NCBI GenBank assembly: GCA_964016885.1
Contig: OZ024743.1
Location: 340,504,001 to 340,568,000 of the forward strand
DNA from: Eledone cirrhosa
Taxonomy: Eukaryota
DNA length: 64,000 bases
Reading direction: 5' to 3'
The notes under the pieces were generated by a model. That model had not been told where the DNA came from. It made no database searches and worked only from the letters and a program-made list of their open reading frames with translations. Both the position numbers and the translations under genes were made by a program. Of this stretch, positions 29,268-42,289 are shown piece by piece (the stretch's first letter is position 1; the number at the start of each line of letters is the position of its first letter).

Positions 29268-29454
29268 TATTGTTATATTTTGGGAGGGTCATGTTGCCAA
29301 AAAGAAACACACGCACCAGTTGCTTTCACTTCAATTTATTATGAATTAAATTTATAAATTTAGGAATTTATAAATTTCCGGTAGGTTGGTTGGTTCCACA
29401 ACCAAACGATTGTTCATATATTGTCAAAGAATCTTGCTAAACAAATTCAGAAAC

Positions 29455-29458
<4 letters not shown>
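29268..29458. mobile_element. Short (TA)n-inserted repeat family
   Basis: Homologous to 31200-31420 (with ~35-bp inverted arms), 48300-48420 and 56768-56850. Confidence 0.65.
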
Positions 29459-29503
<45 letters not shown>

Positions 29504-29997
29504 AAAGTTAAGATACTGCTCCTTAATTGTAGAGCTAACTCTGTTGAAGGGAATTGACTGCTATTTCTAGTTGTCGAATACCTATTCACGCCACTGAAAC
29601 GAAGCCGCTGTGCTGTGTACTATCAACACGTGGTAACGGCCAGTTTAAGATTTTGACTCGAAGTGTAAACATGGATCGCTTGATATTGTTCTTCCTTGTT
29701 GATAATCCAATAATATCCACTTTCCGTGACTTACCATCTGATTAATTGGTGAAATATATTTCTTTAATGAAATATATACAGGGAAGATTAATCATTAAAA
29801 GGTATATATTTTTGAAGTTCTAGTTAACTTTATTTATTTGTTACCTACTAGCCATGCGTGGTTACACGCTTGTAAAAATTATCTCCTGTGATTTTTCCTG
29901 TTTATATTTATTTATATATATGTTGATCAATTCCTAGTTATTATTATATATATACATATATATATATATACATATATATATATACATATATATATAC

Positions 29998-30057
<60 letters not shown>

Positions 30058-30062
<5 letters not shown>

Positions 30063-30999
30063 AAGAATTAGTATATCTACCAACATATATATACAGATGT
30101 ATACCTATGCTAGTAAATATATAGGTTTTGTCTTAGTAACTTTGTGATTCAATGCAAGGGGATGCAGAACAATTATATGAAAGACGTAAAATAAGAAAAT
30201 TATAAAAATTTACTTACTTACTAAAATTTCACACCAACTAATTAGTTTCTGAAAGGGAATAAACATGATTTCCAGGCAAAGCGTGGACACAGGGAACTTA
30301 TACAAAAATAATTCAGTGGATGGAAAAAAGCAAGCGAGGACTAGATTCCAGGACATTGAAAAAAATCACTGCCTACTTAGTCGGTGGCGAATTCAAAAGA
30401 ATCAATCACGTGACATCGAGGTCAATCAGTGAGGAGTGAGGGTGCTAATAAGACAGTAGCCTGGCTATTACTATGAACCATAGCAGTAGTTTTGGCAAAT
30501 TTTTGCTCAACAAAATAATTTGGAGTTAATTATAAAGAATTAGTACATCTACCAACATATATATACAGATGTATACCTATGCTAGCAAATATATAGGTTT
30601 TGTCTTAGTAACTTTGTGGTTCAATGCAAGGGGATGCAGAACAATTATATGAAAGACGTAAAATAAGAAAATTATAAAAATTTACTTACTGATTGACCTC
30701 GATGTCACATGATTGATTCTTTTAAATTCGCCACCGACTAAGTAGGCAGTGATTTTTTTCAATGTCCTGGAATCTAGTCCTCGCTTGCTTTTTTCCATCC
30801 ACTGAATTATTTTTGTATAAGTTCCCTGTGTCCACGCTTTACCTGCGAACTTAGCTGAGAACAGATCTCCCTGATGACGAAAGGATATTTCTCCATGTTG
30901 TTCCAATCGGAAACCATGTTTATTCCCTTTCAGAAACTAATTAGTTGGAGTGAAATTTTAGTAAGTAAGTAAATTTTTATAATTTTCTTATTTTACGTC

Positions 31000-31005
<6 letters not shown>
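30058..31005. mobile_element. Rearranged pLTR-type insertion with direct and inverted duplications
   Basis: 30061-30218 matches 30533-30690 (also 3061-3170); 30275-30430 is inverted at 30688-30840; 30175-30272 is inverted at 30910-31005. Confidence 0.75.
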
Positions 31006-31056
<51 letters not shown>

Positions 31057-31135
31057 CATATATATATATGTACATATATATATACATATATATATATACA
31101 TATATATATGTATATATATATACATATATATATAC

Positions 31136-31189
<54 letters not shown>

Positions 31190-31461
31190 ACATATATATA
31201 TTTCGTTTCTGAATTTGTTTAGCAAGATTCTTTATCTGAAATCGTGTGTTGAAACCGATATTGTTATACTTTGGGAGGGTCATGTTGCCAATAAACCAGA
31301 AATTTATAAATTTGTAGATTTGTAAATTTATAAATTTATAAATATATAATAAATTGAAGTGAAAGCAACTGGTGCGTGTGTTTCTTATTGGCAACATGAC
31401 CCTCCCAAAGTATAACAATACATATATATATACATATATATGCATATATATATATATATAT

Positions 31462-31568
31462 ATAGGAACCAGTAAGACCCCGACAGCTGAGCTCAAGCCG
31501 TTTCGACGGCTAATTCTCAGCCGTCGAAACGGCTTGAGCTCAGCTGTCGGGGTCTTACTGGTTCCTAT
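31462..31568. repeat. Perfect ~50-bp-arm hairpin containing the 3' half of a hammerhead
   Basis: Loop AATTCTC 31512-31518 closed by GACGGCT/AGCCGTC, followed by GAAA-CGGCT..AGCTG-TC. Confidence 0.9.
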
Positions 31569-31644
31569 TACCCACTCTACTACCTCAAGTATCGAGTACT
31601 TTGGTGCGTTATGGTCCACCTGGTTCCTTACCACATTTCCTTCG

Positions 31645-31872
<228 letters not shown>

Positions 31873-31881
31873 GTATATATG

Positions 31882-31956
<75 letters not shown>

Positions 31957-32002
31957 CTATACCTATATATATGTAGATATATTTATTAAAATAACAGATT
32001 AA

Positions 32003-32053
32003 AGTTTAAGCAAAGAATTGCTGCTTTCACCCTTAACGGGATCTTCTGAAACT
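32003..32053 (-). ncRNA. Hammerhead U4A variant (inverted pLTR copy)
   Basis: Same motif as 33397-33447. Confidence 0.75.
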
Positions 32054-33396
32054 AACAAAGTCAATCTGTAAACACAGAAGTGGATATTTCTAAAAACGTT
32101 GCAACCGGAGGAAGACAGGAAGACGAAACTTTGGTTCGTGGAAACGTTCCCTGGCAAAGAACGGGAAAAACTAATATAATACGTCATTAATAGGAGCGGT
32201 GAAAAACAATTACACGCAAAGACAGAACCACGTCTGGAGTCTAAAAGACAACCACACCCAATATAAGTTACACTGGGAGATCCTAGCTAGGGCTAGATCG
32301 TATAACGGAAATGAAAGACCCTGTGACCTCTACGCCGCTGAGGGCCTGGAAATACTCTACGCCACAGACCACATCTTAAACAAAAAATCTGAGGCAATTT
32401 CGGCTTGTAAACATAAATTGCACAAAACTTTCCTGTATTACAGCCCCACATTATACCTTAACGGATAGTAGGATCTATACGTGGATATTTTACCTCTTGA
32501 TGTGGTAGTTAAGTATATGTTATGTTTATACCATTACTTATTTGCATAGATAAGTATATATTATCCGTATGTTTTGTGAAGGTACGTATACTTTCTCGTA
32601 CGTATATTTGATTGTATATGTTATGGCGTATATTTTAATATATTCTGGTACATATGCTTTTGGTTATGTGTATACGGGAGTTTTGCGTCTGTGTGAGTAT
32701 GCAGGTTCGTACGTATGTTGGGTGTGTGTATATGTGTACTTCCTGTTTTGGTTGACGTACTCTCCGAACATTTGTGTATTTACATGTAGATATGTGTGTG
32801 CGCTTGTTATATACGTATTTATTTATTTATATACGTTTATTTATTACTTATTTATTTGTATACACGCACACACACACACATGTTTATATGTGCGTGGTTT
32901 TGTATACCAATGGCGAGTGTTTTCGCGTATGCTTGTGTATGTACGTATTTGGATGCGTGTATGTATTTATTTAATTTCAATTACCTCTGTATTGTATTTT
33001 ATTTACTTTATTCTTAACTCTGAAGCGGAGAATAATTCGGTTTCCTAGTTAGAATTTTAGTCTACGACTTCAGTTATACCATTTACGTGGTTTTGTCTTT
33101 GCGTGCAATTGTTCTCCACGCTTCACATATGACGTATTATCTCCGTTCATTGCCAGAGAACGTCTCTATGAACCACATAAGAGAACATTAGTCTACGACT
33201 TCTTTTATACAATAAACGTGGTTCTGTCTTTGCGTGTAATTGTTTTTCACCGCTCCTATTAATGACGTATTATATTCGATTTTTCCCGTTCTTTGCCAGG
33301 GAACGTTTCCACGAACCAAAGCATTGTCTTCCTGTCTTCCTCCGGTTGCAACGTTTTTTGAAATATCAACTTCTGCGTTTACAGATTGACTTTGTT

Positions 33397-33447
33397 AGTT
33401 TCAGAAGATCCCGTTAAGGGTGAAAGCAGCGATTCTTTGCTTAAACT
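33397..33447 (+). ncRNA. Hammerhead U4A variant in 3' pLTR
   Basis: AGTTT-CAGAAGA-TCCCGTTAAGGGT-GAAA-GCAGCGATTCTTTGC-TT-AAACT. Confidence 0.78.
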
Positions 33448-33554
33448 TTAATCTGTTATTTTAATAAATATTTGCTCTACGGTTATTATATATTTGATAT
33501 ATATTTATCCTTATCGAGCCCTCTTTGGATTTTAGTCTTCAAATTTATTATTAT

Positions 33555-33606
<52 letters not shown>

Positions 33607-33714
33607 GGAATAGAATGAAACGAAATTTCATTTCTCACTCTTAGTACGACACTTCTTAAATGTAAGTATGTATGTATACGTACATACATATATGTATACA
33701 GACGTACAGTAGCA

Positions 33715-33796
<82 letters not shown>

Positions 33797-34043
33797 CAGG
33801 CACACATATATATATGCACGTATCAGTTTACCGAACATTTATTATAATGTTCGCTTTGTTCGTTTAAGTAAGTGCCGTACTAAGAGTGAGAAATGAAATT
33901 TCGTTTCATTCTATTCCATTTATCGTTTTCAGTGCGCCTGGCCGACTGAACTCACTCGATATGCAAATTAGGCTCCTCAGCCGTTAATTTTCATAAGGAA
34001 AGTATATACTTTCGAAACTTCAACCATCTGGCAGAAAGGTATA

Positions 34044-34084
34044 CGGTGCTGACGATAGCTAACAAGCTTGAAACTAGTACATCG
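34044..34084 (+). ncRNA. Minimal type I hammerhead ribozyme
   Basis: CGGTG-CTGACGA-TAGCTAACAAGCTT-GAAA-CTAG-TA-CATCG within element 33600-34325. Confidence 0.9.
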
Positions 34085-34234
34085 TTCCTGTGTCAGTGTT
34101 GAACAAAAAGGTGACGTGGTTGCCTGAACACTGTACGGCGTAAATCAGGCTGTCCGTTTGTTTACAAACGAACAAAGCGAACATTATAATAAATGTTCGG
34201 TAAACTGATACGTGCATATATATATGTGTGCCTG

Positions 34235-34270
<36 letters not shown>

Positions 34271-34320
34271 TGCTATTGTACGTCTGTATACATATATGTA
34301 TGTACGTATACATACATACT

Positions 34321-34354
<34 letters not shown>

Positions 34355-34356
34355 CA

Positions 34357-34485
<129 letters not shown>

Positions 34486-34601
34486 GAGCGGTTTTTACAA
34501 AATGAAAAAACAACGAGATGTCCTACACGATTGAAAGTATAAGGAAAAAAGATGAAATCGAAAATGCCACTGGAGTCTTTTTAAAAATATTTATTTGGCT
34601 T

Positions 34602-34637
34602 CTTTACCGGTTTCGCAGTTCTTGTGCTTTTCAAAAG
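34602..34637 (-). ncRNA. Minimal hammerhead, U3-A8 core variant
   Basis: CTT-TTGAAAA-GCACAAGAACTGC-GAAA-CCGG-TA-AAG. Confidence 0.8.
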
Positions 34638-35592
34638 TAGAATTAAGATGAAGGGTTTGTGGTTTTTCTCGCTTCTGGTTGGAGTCCGAATGTTACTTCT
34701 GTTTTATATGGAAAAAAGTGGCTCGAAATGCTAGGTTTTTAGAAAAGTAATTTGTTTGGTTGATGACTGTCATGTGAATAAGTATAATAATTTCGCGCCA
34801 GTTCGCGTTACAAAGTTCTTATTATATTTGCCTTTAAAAAAAAAGGATGGGTCTCAGATTGTTTTTTTATATGAGTGAAATTTGGTTTGTTGATGCAGTC
34901 ACGTGAATAAGCGCATCAACTTTCGCGCCAGTTTGTGTTTGAATTTCTTTTTACTTTAAAAAAGTGGCTCAAAGAGGTTTTGTTTATGAATGTAATTAGA
35001 TTGGTTATAAATGAAATTATGACTGTCACGTGAACAAGTACATTAAATACCGCGCCCGTATTTTGGAATTTTTTTGTAGCCATTTAAGGAATTTTGTGCC
35101 AAACAAAAGATAATGGTCAAGAAAAAAGGGATGGGGAGAATTGTTCTGGTTCAGTGAGTATGGCTGATGTGCTGGGGTGTCAAAATTCAGACTTTCTATT
35201 GAAATAAAGAAAGTAGAGATATGTATTTTTATTTGTGTGTGTGTGTAGGAAGATGATTCTATTAGTAGAAATGGGGGAGGGAGCTGTGTGTGTGTATGTG
35301 TGTTATATATGTGTGTGGGAGCATGGTTAGCATGTTAAGATGGAGAGAAAAAATATATATTTTGTGTGTGTGTATGTGTGTGTAGGAAAATGATTCCGTT
35401 AGTAGAAATGGGGGAGGGAGTTATGTGTGTGTGTGTGGGGGGGTATGGTTAGCATGTTAAGGTATTAGAGTATTAACGTATGTTAAGGTTTATTTAGCTC
35501 TGGTTTTATTTTCGAATATAGGTGTTATGTGTGTATCTATGTATGTGTCTGTTTGGATGGTTTGCATGTTATGGTGTTAACATAATTGTATA

Positions 35593-38500
35593 TTAAACTA
35601 TATTTAATGCTGGTCTATATTTTTGAATAAACATATTTTCCTTATTTATTCGTATTTGTTCTGTTGTATTGTCAGCGCAAAGATAAAATGGGAAGACTTG
35701 GAATTTGGGTGTCTTATTACTTGCGCATATATCTAGATGTGCACTGAGTGGTATCTGTCTTATGGTAGGGTGTCGTAATTGTTGGCGATGAATTGTCATT
35801 CTGTTTCTGAGTGTGAGTTTAGTTTGTCCTATATAATCTTCATTGCATCTTTACATTTAATGGCATAAAGTAAATTTTTTGATGAGCAAGTGAAGTGATT
35901 TTTTACAACAAAATTTTGTCCTGATTGAAATGTATACGTGTTACCTTCAATGAGGTGAGTGCAGGTTCCACAATTAGAGCGACCACATTTTTTGACAGTT
36001 TGTTGTAGGTTTGTGGTAGGTAATTTGGCATTGGTGAGTAATGTTTTTTAGTGATTTCGGTTGTCTTTTGCTTTTGAATATTTTGTGTGTTTCAAGGCTT
36101 TTTTCATTCTTGGGCCTTGTTTCAATAGTGGGATTTTCTTGTGAATAATGTTGTAAGCTTCCGCATTTCTTGGGTTGTGTGTTGAGATATATGATAGAAT
36201 ATTGGACGTACCTTGAATTTGTTTCTGTTTTCGAAATTCATCAATGCCTATTTTCGAAATTCATCAATGCCCTTTCTATTCCATTATTTATTAGTAATGG
36301 TGGGTACTGTCTTTCGAGCAGAATTTCCTTTAATTCTTGAAGTCTTTTATTTCGCGTTTCATAATTGGAGAAAATTGTGCAAATTCTTCTTGCTAGCTTA
36401 AAAGGGATGTTCGTCTTCATGTGCTTTGGATGGTTGGAGGTGAATAGCAGGTATTGTTCGGAATCTGTTGTTTTGTAGTGTATGTCAGTTTCAATATTTG
36501 TGTCTTTTTTATGATTAAGATGTCCAGTATAGGAGTTGATCTTGGCTATATTCCATTGTGAATTGGATGTGGTTATTGATGCCGTTAATTAAATTTTTGA
36601 AATCATTTAGTTGGTCGAGTGTGTGAGACCAAAGAATAAGACACTCATCCAAATAACGTTTCCAATTCTCTGATAAATATTTTGTGGAAGTTCAATCCGT
36701 ATTTTGATTTGGTGTGTTCATGTCTCTTGACTTCCAAGTATGCCATGTATAAGTTAGCATAAGTTGGAGCGACTTTTGTACCCATCGCAGTCCCCGATAT
36801 TTTCTTGTAAGTACTGCCATCGAAATCAAAAAGTTGTTCTGTAAAATAAATTTTAATCTCTCGGTGATGAAGCTTTTTTCTATTCTGTCAGTTATCTCAT
36901 TGGGATATTTCTCTAGCCAGAATCCTATTGCTTCTAGTCCGTATTTGTGTGGGATCGTTGTGTAGAGATTCACTACATCGAAAGACACAATAAAAGTATC
37001 GTTGACATGTTTGGGGAGGTGGTTTAAGAGGTCCAGATCGTCTCTTACAAGGCTTTGTATGTGTTTGTGAATTGGTTTTAGTAGTATGTCTATAAAATTG
37101 CTTAGTCTGTGTGGGCCCGCTAGAATTGGTCTTAATTTAAGGTCAGTGGGGTATTGTGTGTTCACGCAGGTTGAAGAGGATTCTTTACAGGCATCGTTAA
37201 TTATTTTACACTTGTGGATCTTCGGAAGTCCGTAAAGGTTGCTGGCTTTGTATTCAAAATGTGTTAAATAATCGCGTTCCTCTTTAGTTATGTCTTCCTG
37301 GTATCGACAAATGAATGTGTTTAATGTGGTCATAGTTTTTTTTATTGCTGGTAGTTTTTTACTCTTTCATAGCAGTTAGTGTCTTGTAAGAGAGAGAACA
37401 TAGAATTTTTATACTGTTCAGCATCCATAATGACGACAGTACTTCCCTTGTCCGCTTCCTTAATTACAGTCTCAGTATTGTTTTTTAGTTCATGGATAAT
37501 CTCCCATTCCCTTCGATTCGTGTTGGGTTTGGGTTTAGGTTGCGGTAGTTCATGGTATGGGAAAGTTGTTATGTGGTCACAAAATGTGTCCAGAACTCTG
37601 TTTCTACCTTTTGTTGGGTTGTAGATGCTTTTATTCCGTACAATTGATAGGTCGTTATTCTCCTTGTCAAAAAATTCCTCTGTGAAACATAATTTTCTAC
37701 AGAAGTGTGAGATATCGTCATTTATCTCATTGAGGTTAGATTATTGTGGTCTTGGTTGTAATTTCAGTCCTTTGGAGAGAATTTTAATTTGTTGTGCTGA
37801 GAAGTTTGTATTTGAAAGGTTGATTATTTTCGGTTTTTCAAAATCGGTTTGTGCCACCGGGTGTCGTGGGTCCTGTAGCCTTGGTCTAAAAAAATGATTT
37901 TTCTGAATTGTTTTTTCATGGGTATTATTATATCTAATGGCATTTCCCCTGTTGTTGTGTGGTCTTGTATAGAAATTTCGGACGTATTGAGGTTCGGCTT
38001 GTTGATGGTCCGGGTTGTAAATTTTGTTTCTTTGTGTGGGTTGTGATCTACGATTTTGGAACAGGTTATGTGTGGGTTGGGTCTACGGTTTTGGAATAGG
38101 TTTTGTGTGGTTTGTGATCTGCGGATCGAGTCCTGTCTTGTGTTGGGGGACATTCGGGTTTTTTAGTAGGGTTATAGTTTTGTCTATGGGTTCTGGGATT
38201 ATCGTCATAGTTTTGCTGGGGTATGTTGGACGCTTTGTTACTTTTTTTTTGTTATTTGTTGTGTGAGTTTTAGTTTGTTTTAAAAATGGATTACCTGTAT
38301 GTTGTTCATTTTTGAAATCCATTTCGTAGTTGTTGAACCAGGTGGCGTTTTTTTCCCATCGCTGGAGGGATGTTAGTTCTTCATCCTCACAATTTTCTTT
38401 CCAAAGTTTTAAGATTTTTTCATAGAGTAGGCCTTCAGAGTGCCTTGAGATTTCTGTGTCCATCTGTTGGTCGAGTGACTTAACTTTTTCTTCGTTGGAG

Positions 38501-39000
38501 TTGGCTCTTAACCGCAGCAGTTCTATTTCTATTTTAAACTTTTCTAAGGCCATCTTTTCCCTACGTTTTTGTTGGTTTTGTGGTTCATTCGGGATGGGTT
38601 TTATTTGGATTTTTTGGGGAGGATGATTGGAGTAGAGTTTAACTACTTTTCATATATATCTGCTTTGCCTTTATTTTTTAGGAGATTCCAAAAGGCGAAT
38701 TTGCGGGCTGTGAGCTTTTGAGTCCATATATTGATTAGGGTGTTTTTCACTGAGTGGACATCTCGTAGATTGGGTTCTAATGGTTGTTCCAGCTTTGGGA
38801 GCATTGCTGTTTCAATGGTTTTGATTAATTTAGTTAATGCTGGAGTACTATTCGTCTCTTGGGTATTTTCTGCTTCTTCGTGGGGTCCTTTTTTATAGAT
38901 ATATATTTGGTCCACTTTGTTGGTCAAAATTGAAAGTTTGGAGGAAATCTCTTTGAGTTCATTTAAGATATCCTGGTTCAGTGGGTTGTCGCTTTGTTGA
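35593..39000 (-). pseudogene. PLE polyprotein (N-terminal region, RT, GIY-YIG), disrupted
   Basis: ORF pieces 38643-38927, 38083-38553, 37824-38153, 36692-37333, 35593-35799. Confidence 0.88.
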
Positions 39001-39166
39001 GACTTTGGTGGAATTTTAGGTCTTCGTGTGGTGGGTGTGAATTAGAAAATGAGGTATTTTACAAAATGAAAAAAAAAACGAGATGTCTTACACGAGTGAA
39101 AGTATAAGGAAAAAAGATGAAATCGAAAATGCAACTGGAGTCTTTTTAAAAATATTTATTTGGTTC

Positions 39167-39202
39167 CTTTACCGGTTTCGCAGTTCTTATGCTTTTCGAA
39201 AG
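39167..39202 (-). ncRNA. U3-A8 hammerhead in 5' pLTR (additional U4C change)
   Basis: CTT-TCGAAAA-GCATAAGAACTGC-GAAA-CCGG-TA-AAG. Confidence 0.7.
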
Positions 39203-39319
39203 TAGAATTGAGATGGAAGGTTTGTGGTTTTTCTCGCATCGGGTTGGTGTTCGAATGTTACTTCTGTTTTATATTGAAAAAAGTGGCTCGAAATGCTAGG
39301 TTTTATGTGTGTGTATATG

Positions 39320-39378
<59 letters not shown>

Positions 39379-39501
39379 GAAACAATGGTGCATCTATGAT
39401 GTAGGATTGTTGCGAAACTGTACAGTCGGGACATTGAAGAAAAAAATAGTTATATATATGTGTCTATTACTTCTTCTTACTTTATAATTTGTTATATATA
39501 T

Positions 39502-39710
39502 ATAGTATAAAAAAACGTAAAATCAGTGATGCATCTGGACTCAGTTTATTGCGTGTTACAATTGTTTCGCCGGCAGGTAGCTCGAGAGATGACCGTAGAA
39601 TCAGCCAGATCCATACAATGATCATGTCTCGAGTTACCTGCTGGCGAAACAATTGTAACACGCAATAAACATTTCAGATGCATCACTGATTTTTCGTTTT
39701 TTTATACTAT
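39502..39710. repeat. Fold-back hairpin with hammerhead 3' half
   Basis: About 90-bp arms; GGC-GAAA-CAATTG-TA at 39643-39657; no CUGANGA strand. Confidence 0.8.
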
Positions 39711-39791
39711 TCACACTCTGCCTTGTATGAATATTTAGTGCTAATTTTGGCATACCGCTTATGGAAGCACCATAGCTACCATTATACACAC

Positions 39792-39850
<59 letters not shown>

Positions 39851-39948
39851 CAGGGTGTTCCAAAGATGTATACACACTTCAACAGCATTCTAATAAATAT
39901 TGCCTGTACAGGTAATCAAAGTATGCATACATTTCTTTGGAACATCCT
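39851..39948. mobile_element. Tiny Tc1/mariner-type MITE remnant
   Basis: TA-CAGGGTGTTCCAAAGA ... TCTTTGGAACATCCTG inverted termini. Confidence 0.55.
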
Positions 39949-40154
39949 GAAATTCTGTTATAACGAAATTCACGGGGTATAAAAAAATTCGTTGTAACGA
40001 AAAATTAAAGTTTTCGCTCCGACATAGCATACCGTATATCTAATGATATACCTTGTATTTACGAAGAAACATTTTGAAAGCCTTTTAGGTATGAATATTG
40101 AAAAGCTGACGAGTAGCGCCGTCTAGCAGTTTCCAGTTAAAGTAGAGGGGGACA

Positions 40155-40189
40155 ACTGCTAACGCGTTTCTGGCTGTCATCAGGACGGT
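40155..40189 (-). ncRNA. Minimal hammerhead
   Basis: CCGTC-CTGATGA-CAGCCA-GAAA-CGCG-TT-AGCAG. Confidence 0.7.
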
Positions 40190-40487
40190 GCTTCCTTTGC
40201 TCTCTGCTGGAATTTGAAACAGTTCAAAATATATAGTTATTTTTTGCCTATGTAGATGGCCGATTAGCCTCCTTTGCATGTGGGGCTGTACAAGCTGGCT
40301 CAGCTTGAAAGTAGAATTTAAGTTTTCGCTCCGACATAGCTGTCTACATATAAGTATGTGAATTTCGTATATCTAATGATATACGGTATGTTTAAGAATA
40401 AACATTTGGAAAGCCTTCTGGCTATGAATATTAAAAAGCTGACGGCTAGCACCACTTAGCGGATTCCAGTTGAAGTAGAGGGGGACA

Positions 40488-40528
40488 ACTGCTAACGCGT
40501 TTCAAGCTCTGTCCGTCATCAGGACAGT
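40488..40528 (-). ncRNA. Minimal hammerhead
   Basis: ACTGTC-CTGATGA-CGGACAGAGCTT-GAAA-CGCG-TT-AGCAGT. Confidence 0.7.
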
Positions 40529-40974
40529 GCTCTCCCTTCACTCTGCAGGAATTTGAAACAGGCGAAAATAAATAGTTTTTTCGCCTTATAGTTGGGCTGA
40601 TTAGTCTCATTTGCATGTGGGGCTGTACAAGTCGACCCAGCTTCAGAGTAGAATTAAAGTTTTCGCTCCGACATAGCTGTGTACATATGTATAGCTAACT
40701 GAGATATAAAACAAGAAATAGAAAGAAAGTATGTGAATTTTGTATTATATATGGTATGTTTACGTATGCACATTTGGAAAGCGATCTAGCTTTGAATATT
40801 GAAAAGTTGATTCCAGTAGTTATCCCCCGCTACTTCTACTGGAATCCGCTATATATGTTTGCCAAAAGTATATGGATAAGGAATAGAGGGAACGATACAA
40901 TGCAATGAAAATATTAGTTTAACACTAGATATCTTAACGTCAATGCAATGAAAATATTAGTTTAACACTAGATG

Positions 40975-41011
40975 TCTTAACGTCTCGGACGTTAATGCTT
41001 CATCAGAAGCT
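40975..41011 (-). ncRNA. Degenerate hammerhead (GAAA to GAGA)
   Basis: CTT-CTGATGA-AGCATTAACGTCC-GAGA-CGT-TA-AG; resembles 21780-21815. Confidence 0.45.
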
Positions 41012-41087
41012 AACTGAGATATAAATCAAGAAAGAAAGATAGACGAGAGTAAGGAGAAAAAGCACGTGTATGTTTTGACAGTCATAA

Positions 41088-41127
<40 letters not shown>

Positions 41128-41759
41128 TAAACGTATATTAATATAAAACTCAATTGTAGAGATACAAATTACAGATGGGTCTATCCTTTGGCTTCGGGTG
41201 TCAAAGAAGTATTGATATGAACCCTTTCAATAATTTTAGTTCATGAGGAGGTGTCTCGGATAAAAGTGTTTATTCAATTCCAATTTGAAAACTTATTGTC
41301 AATTCCTTATCATCATTAACTTGCGAGTCTCCACTTTCGTATGTTGTAACATAATTGACTGTTGAGCATTAGTGCATCTTTATCTATTGTTGAGGTGATT
41401 AACCTTCTTGAAATTTTATGTATTGCTTCTTCACTTGCGACATCAATAGATTTACCATATATTTCTCCTGTTATATTGCCTTGTACAACCATATAGTAAA
41501 TAATTTCTATACAACACACATTAAACATTACACTATTTCATCACTAGAATTTCATTACCAACTTCACAAGCCATGTCAAAATATCACCTTCACTCACTGT
41601 TCCGATGTTGCCAATGGATTATATGCATTTCCAAAGAAATGTCTGCAAGTTGCATGACTCGAATCGATGGTAACAACACTTCAGCTTCTTGAAATCAGAT
41701 TCGCTATTTGATGCCAGTTACGTTTAAGACGAATTTTACCTTCAAATGGTGTCATTCCG

Positions 41760-42120
41760 TCTCCAACTGATTCGGTTGGATCCCCTAGCGAGACCAGACG
41801 ATCTCATGGATGTTATTCAACCATCTTGCTCGAGGTCTAACCCTGGGTCTCCTGCCGGTTGGTTTTGCCCGTAAAAATCTGTCCAGCAATTCTTTCCTGA
41901 GGCATTCTAACCACATGTTTATAGTATCGGAGCTGTGATCTCTCAATTTGAGAAGTAGTGGCTCTATCCGGACTAACTATCTAATCTTCGAGCTACGCAC
42001 CCTATAAAGAAAGTTACTCCATAGACCATTCGGAGGAACCCCATTTCGGCCGCTTGTATTCGCGATCGTATTCTTTCGGTCAGTATCCAAGATGCATGAC
42101 CATAGGTAAGGGCTGCCACT
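41760..42120 (-). mobile_element. RTE-clade LINE 3' fragment
   Basis: LTYGHASWILTERIRSRIQAAEMGFLR..EPLLLQIERSQLRYY..HVVRMPQER. Confidence 0.8.
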
Positions 42121-42289
42121 GAAATTTAGTTGGCCCCTTGAAATTTAACAATAATATTTTAAGATAGAAGTATTCAGATTTCTTAGAACCCTGGAACCGC
42201 AAAGTCTTATCAAAAGCATAATGATATGAGTGCTAGATTATAGAAGGCCTCACGCCCGCACATCTACTAGGTTCCAGAGAAACCACGCT

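Larger units (their letters stand above)
31979..33560 (+). mobile_element. 5'-truncated Naiad-like PLE with inverted 5' pLTR and 3' pLTR
   Basis: GIY-YIG tail HVWSLKD..WEILARARSY..CDLY..E..LNKKSE..CKH (32225-32468); 31979-32233 is the reverse complement of 33215-33472; flanked by (TA)n. Confidence 0.88.
40003..40850 (-). repeat. Tandem array of ~313-336-nt HHR-bearing units (about 2.5 copies)
   Basis: Unit start AAAGTTTTCGCTCCGACATAGC near 40007, 40319 and 40656. Confidence 0.85.

Noticed and set aside
29268-29458. Hammerhead in the 29.3/31.3/48.3/56.8-kb family
   Set aside because: GAAA-GCA..TGC is present but I found no consistent CUGANGA strand or stem I across copies.
40003-40850. CRISPR-like array
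   Set aside because: Whole ~330-nt units are repeated, there are no unique spacers, and the context is eukaryotic.
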